Virus record (IMG/VR): IMGVR_UViG_3300003310_000099
Span: 106,295-170,294 of that record
Source: a virus
Lineage: Duplodnaviria; Heunggongvirae; Uroviricota; Caudoviricetes
Length of the DNA: 64,000 nucleotides
Direction: 5' to 3' (one strand)
Position numbers and translations under genes: made by a program
Shown: one piece after another, positions 1 through 8,533 of the stretch
Layout: the number at the start of each line of letters is the position of its first letter
Position numbering within the stretch: the first letter of the stretch is position 1
The notes under the pieces: generated by a model
Databases searched by the model: none
The model's input: only the letters and a program-made list of their open reading frames with translations
Told to the model about the DNA's origin: nothing

Positions 1-280
1 CAGAACCGTATAGTAATCGGTAGGTGGTTCCACTGCTGCCAATTGTTGTTGGGTATGCTAATGCGTTGGTAGCAGTACCGTCTTCATATCTTATATCAAA
101 ATTGACAGTACCACCATCTGTATTGTTATAGCCATACCAATTGGTGTTGGCATTTTGTATTTCGACTTCTGTATGTATAAGACCTGGAATATAGGTAGTC
201 CCACCCTCAAAAGTGGTGTAAGACGTACTGCTATTCCAGGTTCTTATAGTTGCGTTCGTTCCTGTATAAATTGCTGGCAT
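1..280 (-). CDS. Hypothetical protein, Ser/Thr/Asn-rich N-terminus (partial, runs off the window start; not in the ORF track)
   Basis: Manual translation from ATG at 280: MPAIYTGTNATIRTWNSSTSYTTFEGG..., open to base 2; lies directly downstream of the 299-661 gene. Confidence 0.6.
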   Translation of the reverse strand, partial: MPAIYTGTNATIRTWNSSTSYTTFEGGTTYIPGLIHTEVEIQNANTNWYGYNNTDGGTVNFDIRYEDGTATNALAYPTTIGSSGTTYRLLYGS

Positions 281-298
281 TATCCACCTGCTACTTGT

Positions 299-661
299 TT
301 AGCCACCACAAACCTGCGCAATGGGCAAAAAAATAACTTCTTCAGCTTCCGCATCGAACTCATCCATGACTTCGGAAGTGGCACGGCCATTAGTACCAAC
401 CCAATATGGCACAAGACCTTTAGCGACACATTCATCAAACATAGCCTTGGCGTCTTCAATCTGGTCTATATCACGACTATCCCAGACGATACGCTTATCG
501 CCATCCTTGGCGGTTAGAATACGGAAGATACCTTGTCCCTTTTTGGGGACTTCGTTATCTTTCAATACTCTCAGTGTAGCAGGAATTCCAATTTTTTCAA
601 CTAAATTTGAGTTTTTAATTACGGGTGCTTCAATATAGTCTTGAAAAGCGGTGGTCATCAC
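299..661 (-). CDS. Hypothetical protein ending in C-terminal Gly-Gly
   Basis: 120 aa ORF in a tightly packed minus-strand operon; ends EVIFLPIAQVCGG*. Confidence 0.75.
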   Translation of the reverse strand: MMTTAFQDYIEAPVIKNSNLVEKIGIPATLRVLKDNEVPKKGQGIFRILTAKDGDKRIVWDSRDIDQIEDAKAMFDECVAKGLVPYWVGTNGRATSEVMDEFDAEAEEVIFLPIAQVCGG

Positions 662-1215
662 TCCCCCTTTTTAAGTAGTTTGTCCAATTCTTTCTCAACA
701 TCATCAAAGTCACATTCCAAGTTATCAAGCTTGGCGGCAGCGGCATTTGACCTTTGGATAAAATCTTCCAAAGTCGCTTCTAGATTCTTATCAAATTCAA
801 CCACTTCCAGACATGCATCGTCTAGAACTTGCTGGATGGAACTTTTCAGTTGCTTATTTGCTTTTTTGCTGAAGTCATTAGCATTGACTAGCTTGAAGGA
901 ATAAGAAGCATCAAACAAATCGGACAACCTTAAGTCGCCGTAATTGTCTTTAAAAAGCTTCTCAGCTTTGATTCGCGGTTTAAGATTGATTTCAAGATCA
1001 ACTGCGATATGAACTGTGCTGCTGAGTGGTAGAGACTTGAATTCAGCTTTCAAATCTACCAATTTCTGAGCGAAGTTCTTCGCTTCTTTGGATTTCAAAT
1101 ACTTCTCTTTTGCAGCTTTTTGGTCTGCAATGTAGATCAAACTAATTTGCTCAGTGACTTTAGAGCGAAGTTCATCTAGTTCTTCAGCACTCAGTTTGGT
1201 TAAATCTAGGTCCAT
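658..1215 (-). CDS. Hypothetical coiled-coil protein
   Basis: 185 aa, heptad-like Leu/Glu/Lys pattern, 4-nt overlap with the next gene. Confidence 0.75.
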   Translation of the reverse strand: MDLDLTKLSAEELDELRSKVTEQISLIYIADQKAAKEKYLKSKEAKNFAQKLVDLKAEFKSLPLSSTVHIAVDLEINLKPRIKAEKLFKDNYGDLRLSDLFDASYSFKLVNANDFSKKANKQLKSSIQQVLDDACLEVVEFDKNLEATLEDFIQRSNAAAAKLDNLECDFDDVEKELDKLLKKGE

Positions 1216-1232
1216 TGACTCATACTCCTTGG

Positions 1233-1592
1233 TTAAGATTCTCTGCCATGAATTTCAATCCAACGCTCACGCAAAAGATTATCTCTTATCAAATCTTTAT
1301 CGGACTTGATAACAACACCATCTCTGGTGCCATATTTGGCTTTATCCAGTTGCTTAGTGATTGGTTCTTTGCTACAAGCAGACTTTGGCGGGCAAATATC
1401 TTCTACTGGATCACCGCTACTAAAGCGGCCATCTTCCTTAATAACACCATCTTTGATACATCTTTGGTGTTTATGGTGGCATAGAGGGCATTCAACCCAA
1501 ACTACCCGATCCCAATCCATACTTAAACGGAATCGGATGTAGGTAGAGCAGTTGCCACAATACCATTCTTGGAAAACCTTTTCATCGTACAT
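1233..1592 (-). CDS. Hypothetical zinc-ribbon protein
   Basis: CGNC ... CPLCHH motifs; 119 aa. Confidence 0.7.
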   Translation of the reverse strand: MYDEKVFQEWYCGNCSTYIRFRLSMDWDRVVWVECPLCHHKHQRCIKDGVIKEDGRFSSGDPVEDICPPKSACSKEPITKQLDKAKYGTRDGVVIKSDKDLIRDNLLRERWIEIHGRES

Positions 1593-1594
1593 AT

Positions 1595-2146
1595 TTATTT
1601 CTCATTAGGGGTTAATGGCTTCCGCTGCTTCCACTCTTTAATCTGTTCCTTGGTTCCAGCTGGTGTGTTGGTCTTTATAAAACCAGAATTTGAATAATCG
1701 GGATATCCACCCTTCATATTCTTTTTAATAACGAAGTTATAGCCACTTTCCCAATCAAGGGCTGACCATGTTTTCGGCTTTCTGAATAGCCAACGCCAGA
1801 AGCGTTCAAACCACCCTAATTTTGGTGGAACAGCTTCGCAAATCCCTCTAACGATCTTTTCGTGGAGAGTTTTGCCTACTGGAAACAACTTAACTTCGCC
1901 TTCACTAATCACATTGTAGAAGTATCTTTCAATGGGCTTTAACTTCCTGGCTTCGACCATTAAAGCTGTTTTGGTATTATAGTCTTGGGTTTCTTCTACT
2001 AAACGCCAGGTATCACGATACTCTTCGCATAGTGAGCATGGCTTCTGGCAAACTGTTTGCCCAGAGTGGTATTTGACAGGGGTGAAAAGTGGTTGCGTTG
2101 GCATGATACGGATTACGGTATCACCCAACTTTTCAATTGTGAACAT
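1595..2146 (-). CDS. T4 gp32-like single-stranded DNA-binding protein paralog (short)
   Basis: CSLCE ... RYFYNVI ... KLFPVGKTLHEKI ... GYNFVIKK..GGYPDYSNSGF matches the gp32-type core as I recall it; no acidic C-terminal tail. Confidence 0.55.
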   Translation of the reverse strand: MFTIEKLGDTVIRIMPTQPLFTPVKYHSGQTVCQKPCSLCEEYRDTWRLVEETQDYNTKTALMVEARKLKPIERYFYNVISEGEVKLFPVGKTLHEKIVRGICEAVPPKLGWFERFWRWLFRKPKTWSALDWESGYNFVIKKNMKGGYPDYSNSGFIKTNTPAGTKEQIKEWKQRKPLTPNEK

Positions 2147-2147
2147 T

Positions 2148-2525
2148 TCACTTCCTCTTGGAGAACGTATTCAATTTGCCATAGTCTTTACTAACTTTGA
2201 TTGCCTGGATAGAGACTATAACATCGAATTCGTCGTTTTCAAGACGAGTTTCCACAGAAATGTTGGTATTGTTGGTGGTGTCGATATATTGCCAGATTGC
2301 TGGCTCCCCACGCAGTTTATCCCAAGCTTTGTACCAAGCGCCAAGGGGAACAGCGGCTTTTAGCTTGTTCTTGTCGTCATGGAAATGAACTTCGCCATTA
2401 CTTTCATGAATGCGGAAACCGCCAAAGGTAGTGCCGCCTTCTTTTTTGTCTTTTTTTTCTACGGTCGTCTCACGTTCACCACCCATTTTCTTACCCCTTA
2501 GTTTGTTGAGTAGTTTTTTTAACAT
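2148..2525 (-). CDS. Hypothetical protein
   Basis: 125 aa ORF, operon-like spacing. Confidence 0.7.
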   Translation of the reverse strand: MLKKLLNKLRGKKMGGERETTVEKKDKKEGGTTFGGFRIHESNGEVHFHDDKNKLKAAVPLGAWYKAWDKLRGEPAIWQYIDTTNNTNISVETRLENDEFDVIVSIQAIKVSKDYGKLNTFSKRK

Positions 2526-2703
2526 TTTCCAATATCTTGTCTAGATTTAATGTTTGGCAAGCTGGGCATAGGTCAGCTTTATAGGTGCCGATATATCCAT
2601 TGGCAAGAGAATTGATTTCTATGGCTAACCAGCCTTCTTCATAAAAACCGTAATATCCATTATGGAGTTCACAGGATTTTTTACAAATCAAGCAGGTTGC
2701 CAT
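2491..2703 (-). CDS. Small Cys-containing hypothetical protein
   Basis: CLIC ... CPAC; 70 aa. Confidence 0.55.
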   Translation of the reverse strand: MATCLICKKSCELHNGYYGFYEEGWLAIEINSLANGYIGTYKADLCPACQTLNLDKILENVKKTTQQTKG

Positions 2704-2840
2704 ATTAAAAGTAGGGTAGGTAGGATTTTAACCTACTTCTTCTTCCTTATCGAGGAAGCCGTGTTATCTCGAAAGTAGTTTCCAGAGCCTATGTACACTT
2801 GGTTCTGGGCTTGCTTTTACACACCACTACCCCATAAAAT

Positions 2841-3082
2841 GTTGGTTCCCGTAGCCAGCCTTCTGTTTTATTCCTGCATTTATCTCATCTTTCGATGGGC
2901 AGTCTATTACGACACGCCAGCACCAACCCGACCCTCAGACGCCCCACTCACGGGCTAAGGTCTGTTTGGCTTGCACGGATTGTGGTACAAACGATACTTG
3001 CATTTCTGCTTTCTCTCCCACAGCGAGTGGATGTGGGCTGAACTTCCTCTAGCTTTACAGCCAGCGCAGGATCAGAACCAAC
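2841..3082 (-). ncRNA. rnpB: RNase P RNA, compact form with a strongly reduced specificity domain
   Basis: Manual folding of the minus strand. P1 GUUGGUUCU(3082-3074)/GGAACCAAC(2849-2841). P2 UCCUGC/GCAGGA. P3 CUGGCU-GUAA-AGCUAG. CR-I GAGGAAGUUCAGCC and CR-V ACAGAAGGCUGGCU form P4 with the universal bulged U. P5 CAC/GUG. P6 pseudoknot CACUCGC(3029-3023)/GUGAGUG(2951-2945, loop of P17 GCCC/GGGC). GCAAGCCAAACAG J5/15-P15; GGU in L15; CR-IV AGAUAAAUG. Confidence 0.9.
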
Positions 3083-3088
3083 AAGGTC

Positions 3089-3116
3089 ATCATAGCACGA
3101 ATTTGGCAGTTGTCAA
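3089..3116 (-). promoter_or_regulatory. Sigma70-like promoter driving the RNase P RNA
   Basis: TTGACA-N16(ends TGC)-TATGAT; predicted +1 about 7 nt downstream is G3082, the first base of P1. Confidence 0.75.
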
Positions 3117-3469
3117 GACTCCTTCACAACCTTCAAATCTGATTCATCAAGAGGGACTAAATTAAACCTTAAACGGCCATCCACCAATTCTGGGTCTAGA
3201 ATTAAATGAAAACTAAACCTTGTTTTAGCTTCCATTAATGAATCAAAAAGTTTCTTGTGATCCAAAACCTCTTGACAATATGCGTATTGGAACCCACCCC
3301 ACTTGGCCGCTTTGTCATATTTTTCTTTTGTGGAAAACAACGGTATCAAAATACCGTCATTACAACTGATCGCAACCAGTTGTTGTGTAGTTGGATTTAC
3401 AGGGAACCAAGCCCCCGTCAAATCTGACCGTATGAAAGTGTCTCCAATTTTTATCATGGTTGATACCAT
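3113..3469 (-). CDS. Hypothetical protein
   Basis: 118 aa ORF, overlaps the upstream gene. Confidence 0.65.
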   Translation of the reverse strand: MVSTMIKIGDTFIRSDLTGAWFPVNPTTQQLVAISCNDGILIPLFSTKEKYDKAAKWGGFQYAYCQEVLDHKKLFDSLMEAKTRFSFHLILDPELVDGRLRFNLVPLDESDLKVVKES

Positions 3470-3780
3470 ACCTCTGGATTGATCCTTCTTGCTACTCTGA
3501 GAGCTATAAGCTGCTGTGCCCGATGTACAGCATCTACAAATTCCTTATTGTCAGCGTCAGAGCGATTCTCCAAATTAGTAAAAAGACTGAAAGCTTCAAC
3601 CAACTTTTTTAGAATCTCTTGTTCTTGGACAGTGAGCTTGACACCAGCCAGAATATCAATTTCTGGTATTTTGATTTCTGGGAATTTATAACCCTCAGAT
3701 GGCGGTGTAAAATAAGGCCAATGTCCAGGCCAAATCGGATTTACACAACAACCTAAACAAACTGGCTGTTCTGTTGACAT
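3454..3780 (-). CDS. Hypothetical helical phage protein
   Basis: 108 aa; C-terminal helical hairpin EFVDAVHRAQQLIALRVARRINP. Confidence 0.7.
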   Translation of the reverse strand: MSTEQPVCLGCCVNPIWPGHWPYFTPPSEGYKFPEIKIPEIDILAGVKLTVQEQEILKKLVEAFSLFTNLENRSDADNKEFVDAVHRAQQLIALRVARRINPEVWYQP

Positions 3781-3806
3781 TATACCATTTTCCTTTGCTT
3801 TGTAAA
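3779..3806 (-). promoter_or_regulatory. Putative promoter (16-bp spacer class)
   Basis: TTTACA-aagcaaaggaaaatgg-TATAAT; the -10 box overlaps the ATG at 3780. Confidence 0.5.
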
Positions 3807-3811
3807 GCCAC

Positions 3812-4063
3812 TTAAGTCTTTGGAGCGAAGACAGTTACGACATTTTCTACTCCACACCAAGAACATTCGATGGTAAATTTCTTTTCTTGGGCAAATTTCT
3901 TGCAAGCAAATTCATTACGTCCAGAACATAGCCAGCATTTAAAGTGCAGAGCCTTAAATCCTTCAGGGATTTGTTTTTTTGGCGTGACTTTTGGTTTTTC
4001 ATCTTTTTTAGAAAAAAACAAGCTGGCTAGAAAGTCTGAAACAGCTTTATAAATTGATTGCAT
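3812..4063 (-). CDS. Small zinc-ribbon protein
   Basis: CWLC ... CSWC; 83 aa. Confidence 0.65.
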   Translation of the reverse strand: MQSIYKAVSDFLASLFFSKKDEKPKVTPKKQIPEGFKALHFKCWLCSGRNEFACKKFAQEKKFTIECSWCGVENVVTVFAPKT

Positions 4064-4077
4064 CCATCTATTTATGC

Positions 4078-4317
4078 TTATCTCATTCGCCTTGTAAACT
4101 TTTTATTTTTTGTTGATGCTCTATACTTTGGATGTTCATATTTGTCACCACAAAGGTCACATGCAAATGCAAGAATAGTCTGATTTTGCCATGTTTCTCT
4201 GACAAATTGCGCATGAATGAAGCCGCCACATGCGCATTTCATTGGGTAGTCCTTGAAGCATTCGGAGCATCTACGATCCCCTGCGATATGTTGTGCATTA
4301 TTAACTAAAAAAGCCAT
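4078..4317 (-). CDS. Small Cys-rich hypothetical protein
   Basis: CSEC, CACG, CDLC motifs; 79 aa. Confidence 0.65.
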   Translation of the reverse strand: MAFLVNNAQHIAGDRRCSECFKDYPMKCACGGFIHAQFVRETWQNQTILAFACDLCGDKYEHPKYRASTKNKKFTRRMR

Positions 4318-4364
4318 GTTTATACTCCGCTCTAAATTTATTTAGTTGGAAAGAACTACCTTTG

Positions 4365-4372
4365 TATAAATA
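4365..4372 (+). promoter_or_regulatory. Putative T4-type late promoter TATAAATA
   Basis: Exact T4 late -10 consensus just upstream of the plus-strand block; related ATAAATA/CTAAATA precede ORFs at 1592, 4063, 4317, 32359, 46705, 62454. The AT-rich background weakens this. Confidence 0.4.
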
Positions 4373-4387
4373 ATATACTGTAATTAG

Positions 4388-4996
4388 ATGGAAAAAACAA
4401 TGGGAAGTTTCAGAGAATTCTTGCAGGGACAGAATATTGACGAGTCCCAAATTGATGCAATTTACAATAAAGCTCATATAGCCGTTGAGCTTGCCAAAAT
4501 ATATGACCGTACCGTAGACAGGCGAGATTTGCTTAATAACATAGCTGTTATAGCCAATTTAGCAGCAGGAGCTTATGGAGTATATAATTCTGGGGAGAAC
4601 CGCAAGATTATGCAACCACAGCTGCAACAATCATTAATCTATTATGGTAAAGTTACCCCTCAGAATCTTAATAATATACCAAAAGCAACAATTAAAAAGT
4701 ATTACCCACAAATAAAAGACGATCAGATTAAAAATACAGACACTATCCATGTCAACATTAGAAGAATCCTTAATGAGTTGCCTAATGATGAAGATAGAAT
4801 TATGGAAATAGCTTCAACTATTTTACATGAAGCGACTCATGAATGGGAAAGAGAAAACCAAGGAGTAACATCAGAAGTTGGACCTTTGAAGACGGAGGCA
4901 GCTTTTAAGGCATGGATGCAGGGACCAGGCAAACAGGTATTGCAGGGTCTGATGGCTAAAAATAGAAACTTGTTTCAACCGCAAAATAGTGGTTGA
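4388..4996 (+). CDS. Putative HExxH zinc metalloprotease
   Basis: IASTILHEATHEWE motif; N-terminal MGSFREFL. Confidence 0.6.
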   Translation: MEKTMGSFREFLQGQNIDESQIDAIYNKAHIAVELAKIYDRTVDRRDLLNNIAVIANLAAGAYGVYNSGENRKIMQPQLQQSLIYYGKVTPQNLNNIPKATIKKYYPQIKDDQIKNTDTIHVNIRRILNELPNDEDRIMEIASTILHEATHEWERENQGVTSEVGPLKTEAAFKAWMQGPGKQVLQGLMAKNRNLFQPQNSG

Positions 4997-5014
4997 TTTT
5001 ACTATGTTAATAAA

Positions 5015-6058
5015 ATGATTCCACTTTCATGTGAGCAATATGCAAATGACGCAACGACCGCATTAGCTGCGCCTGTGTCTTTGATAGATTTATCCATAAC
5101 GGTTACATCCGTTGCTGGTTTTCCAGCCACTGCACCTTTCCGCATCATGATTGATAGTGAAGTCATGATGGTTACGGCTATGGCTGGGCCTGTTTGGACC
5201 GTAACTAGAGGTATTGAAGAGTCAGTTATAACGACACATCCTATCAGTACCGACGTACATCAAACTTTGACTAATCTTGGTCTTTGTGCATTTAGTGAGT
5301 GCAGGTTTGCAACGGATACAAGGGTTAATTTGCCACCTCCAGAGCTTGAGGGCAGGTTATTTATAACACAAAATCCAGGCTGGTATCTTTATAGAGAGAA
5401 TGGTGTTGCTTGGCGAGCATGGGGTCCAATTTTTCAGTTATATGAAGGTATAGATTACGAGGAAGAGTATTGGGAAATCATTAATTTTAACGATGGTACT
5501 AATCCTTCGGCTGGATTGGGTAATGAACAAGGGGGCGTAGTATTTGGTGTCGATCCTAATATTGGTTTGGGCGAAAACGTTAGATTATTGGTTCAAGATG
5601 TTAGTGCAGTAGCTCCAGCATCACCACCATATACAGTTACAATAGCATTCACACCTTCTATAGACCCGATCAACCAGACCTATTGCGGCATGGTTTTTAG
5701 GGAAAGTACAACAGGTGCATTCATCTTCTTTAAGTTCATGTACGACACAACCAGCGTGCTTAAAAGAGACATTGTAATGTCTGTTGACAAGTATACAAAC
5801 CCCATTGCTTTAGTAAGTTCTTATGCGACTTTGAGTGCTGGCACTCTGACTTCACCGATGGTATGGTTCAGGATGGAAGATGACGGTGTTGATTTAAGTT
5901 GGTATTTCTCTAATGATGGACTTAACTTTATGCTAATCACTACCCAAACCAGAACTGACTTTTTAGGAACAGGCCCAGATCAAGTTGGTATTGCAATTGG
6001 TACAAATAATACTACTGGTGGCGCAGCTATGAATGTTCATTCTTGGTTAAAGGAATAA
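5015..6058 (+). CDS. Putative virion structural protein, paralog family A (N-terminal ANNA.TTL domain plus lectin-like beta-sandwich)
   Basis: Shares motifs with 6060, 8534 and 26373 ORFs (PYTVT.AF.P, CG..FRE..TG, WFR..DDG.DL..Y.SNDG..F, PDQVG). Confidence 0.6.
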   Translation: MIPLSCEQYANDATTALAAPVSLIDLSITVTSVAGFPATAPFRIMIDSEVMMVTAMAGPVWTVTRGIEESVITTHPISTDVHQTLTNLGLCAFSECRFATDTRVNLPPPELEGRLFITQNPGWYLYRENGVAWRAWGPIFQLYEGIDYEEEYWEIINFNDGTNPSAGLGNEQGGVVFGVDPNIGLGENVRLLVQDVSAVAPASPPYTVTIAFTPSIDPINQTYCGMVFRESTTGAFIFFKFMYDTTSVLKRDIVMSVDKYTNPIALVSSYATLSAGTLTSPMVWFRMEDDGVDLSWYFSNDGLNFMLITTQTRTDFLGTGPDQVGIAIGTNNTTGGAAMNVHSWLKE

Positions 6059-6059
6059 T

Positions 6060-7061
6060 ATGGCATTTACTGAATATTTTGCTAATAATGCTGTCACTAC
6101 ACTCGCAGCACCTGTGACTCTAATTGATGTTACAATAACAGTCAATGCGCCCACATTTCCATTTCCTGTAAATTTTCCATATAGAATAAGAATTAACAAT
6201 GAGTACATGCTGGTAACATCGGCAGTGGGACTTGTCTGGACTGTTACAAGGGGGCAAGAAGGCAGCACGATTACCACTCATGCAACAAACGATACGCTCG
6301 CTAATGTTTTTACGCGCGAGAGTTTGATTAATTCTGCATTCATATATTGTCAAGTTGGCACAAGAGCAGCATTACCTCTACCTGAATATGAAGGTCGGTT
6401 TTATTTTCAGGATGATCCAGGTATTTATATCAAAAGAGATGATGGTGACGCTTGGGACTCTTGGGGACCAGTTTTTGAGTTATACGAACCTGATGAAGTG
6501 GGTTACGCATGGGTGAACCAACAAAGTGCAACAACTTCAATTACTTATGGTGGTGTACTTTTGAGTAGCCCACCACCTGGAGGTGCTGGGGATAACATAA
6601 ACATTCGTGTTAAGACGGCACCAGCAACACCTTACACGGTCAAGGCTGGGTTTATACCTACTCTTTATCCAGTTGACCAGACAAGCTGTGGATTAATTTT
6701 CAGAGAAATTGCTACAAGCAGGCTTATATTTTTCAGGTTGATGTTTGATACAACATCAACTTCTAAGACAGATTTAGTGTTGTCAGTGGATAAATACACT
6801 AACCCAACGACTTTATCGGCTAATTATAAAGTTGCTACTGCAAACGTAGTCAAATCGCCGTTGTTTTGGTTTAGTATTGCTGATGATGGAGTGGATTTGA
6901 CGTTTAGTTATTCTAACGACAATATTGATTATACTGAGTTTTATCAGGTTGCTAGGAATGATTTTTTCACAACAGGCCCAGATGAAGTGGGGTATGCTAT
7001 AAATAGCAATACGACTTCTGGCAATGCTATTATGGCTTTGTTGTCGTGGTTAGAAATTTAA
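6060..7061 (+). CDS. Putative virion structural protein, paralog family A
   Basis: Full-length similarity to 5015-6058 and 26373-27326. Confidence 0.6.
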   Translation: MAFTEYFANNAVTTLAAPVTLIDVTITVNAPTFPFPVNFPYRIRINNEYMLVTSAVGLVWTVTRGQEGSTITTHATNDTLANVFTRESLINSAFIYCQVGTRAALPLPEYEGRFYFQDDPGIYIKRDDGDAWDSWGPVFELYEPDEVGYAWVNQQSATTSITYGGVLLSSPPPGGAGDNINIRVKTAPATPYTVKAGFIPTLYPVDQTSCGLIFREIATSRLIFFRLMFDTTSTSKTDLVLSVDKYTNPTTLSANYKVATANVVKSPLFWFSIADDGVDLTFSYSNDNIDYTEFYQVARNDFFTTGPDEVGYAINSNTTSGNAIMALLSWLEI

Positions 7062-7072
7062 GGAGATAAAAT

Positions 7073-8530
7073 ATGCCATATCCAGTATATCCAACAGTCC
7101 CTCACCCATGCGGACCAGGACCAGCTTGGACACCACCTCCAAACACTGGCTCCTCTGCTGGACTTGGTTTATATTTACAAGATGGTAACGCACCACCATT
7201 TGTATTATTTGATATGTGCAGAGGCGCAAATGGGGACTTTAAAGGAGATTTTGTTGTTTGTGGAGCAGGTACTAGGAATGCTGGTTCTGGTAACATTAAG
7301 TTTTTCTTACCACCAAAGGTTGACCCAAGCAGCGTTGCAGGTTTGGAAGCAGTGTGGCTTATTATTAACACATATGTTTCCGATAATGTTACTGACCCAA
7401 CTGGTCCAGAACCTTATGTTCTTTCACACTCTTCTGGTGGTCCAACTGAAACTTTAATTAACGGTTTTGCGTTTTGGTGTGGTTCTACATGTTGGCTCAA
7501 CCCAGCAAGCGGGCCACCTTCATTTCCTGTTACAACTTATTTGAGGAATAGGATATATGCCTGGGATGTAACAACATTCGTACAAGGTAGAGGGTCAGGA
7601 AATTATACTATTTCAGGATTACCAAATAACCCTACAATGCCTTTAGGTACAGATGGTGACAGACTTCCTGGTTGTGCTAGTAGTCAAGGAGCTATTTTAT
7701 ATGCCATTTATAAATACCCTGATAATGCAAATCAGAATCCCAGATATATTCAGGCGTGGCTTGGTGCAAAATTAATGGCAAATGGTGGTCCTTGGGGCGG
7801 GGTAGGAATTGAATCGCAAGCTTTCGACCAACAGCCTGTATCATTAAATTTCACAGGTAATGCAAAAATTACCTTGGCTGCTGGCGATACCCAAACAGCT
7901 GTTGATGGGGATAGAGCAAACGTTAATAATACTAATTTCTTGCCATCCAATAATGCATTTAAAAAAATTGGGCCATCTTTATCAGTTATTACGCAGAACA
8001 TGTCTAACATTTATGCTGGGGATAATAACTCAGTCATCGTAGAGACTTCCAATGATTGCATATCATGGTTTTTCTTTGCCATATCAGCTGACGAAACTCA
8101 GCCAAAAGCTAATTTCAAGCCTGTTTTTTGTGTTTCAACAAAATTGAGAACGGATATTGATTCGCTGCTCAACGGTCAAATTACAGTGTTTAGTAACGTA
8201 TCAACAAACCCACCGCCACCCAATTGCATAAATAAAGGCGAGATATTTCCGCCTGCTCCTTTTTATATCAGGATTGATAAAGAAATATTGTTAGTGACTT
8301 CAAAGGAGGAATTAGGGGGTGATGATCCTGGTGATCCAACAGGCTGGAATGTAATAAGAGGTGCAGGTGGAACTACACCTGCACTACATGATGCTGGAGC
8401 TTGTGTTAAATTAGTAATGCCAATTGAAGCAAAGTCTCAAATGCAAGCAGCTTTAGCAAGAAGAGGTATGCCAAGGTCAAGACCTGGGCCAGGCAGACAA
8501 AATGGTGGAAATAGAATACAAGGATTTTAA
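7073..8530 (+). CDS. Putative structural protein with a DUF3344-like domain and a C-terminal family-A domain
   Basis: RIYAWDVT, PGC.SSQGA.LY.IY motifs shared with 9228; C-terminal FYIRIDKEILLVT...WNVIRGAGGTTPALH matches the N-domain of family A. Confidence 0.5.
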   Translation: MPYPVYPTVPHPCGPGPAWTPPPNTGSSAGLGLYLQDGNAPPFVLFDMCRGANGDFKGDFVVCGAGTRNAGSGNIKFFLPPKVDPSSVAGLEAVWLIINTYVSDNVTDPTGPEPYVLSHSSGGPTETLINGFAFWCGSTCWLNPASGPPSFPVTTYLRNRIYAWDVTTFVQGRGSGNYTISGLPNNPTMPLGTDGDRLPGCASSQGAILYAIYKYPDNANQNPRYIQAWLGAKLMANGGPWGGVGIESQAFDQQPVSLNFTGNAKITLAAGDTQTAVDGDRANVNNTNFLPSNNAFKKIGPSLSVITQNMSNIYAGDNNSVIVETSNDCISWFFFAISADETQPKANFKPVFCVSTKLRTDIDSLLNGQITVFSNVSTNPPPPNCINKGEIFPPAPFYIRIDKEILLVTSKEELGGDDPGDPTGWNVIRGAGGTTPALHDAGACVKLVMPIEAKSQMQAALARRGMPRSRPGPGRQNGGNRIQGF

Positions 8531-8533
8531 CAT

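Noticed and set aside
2971-3165. Plus-strand 64 aa ORF over the RNase P RNA
   Set aside because: It is antisense to a well-supported structured RNA and to the 3113 gene; TTG start, no SD.
2148-3780. An RNase P protein (rnpA) gene beside the RNA
   Set aside because: None of the flanking ORFs shows the RNR motif or the basic RnpA pattern.
3454-3780. Possible anti-defence nucleotide sponge (Acb2-like helical hairpin)
   Set aside because: Only a general helical resemblance; I could not match diagnostic residues without a search.
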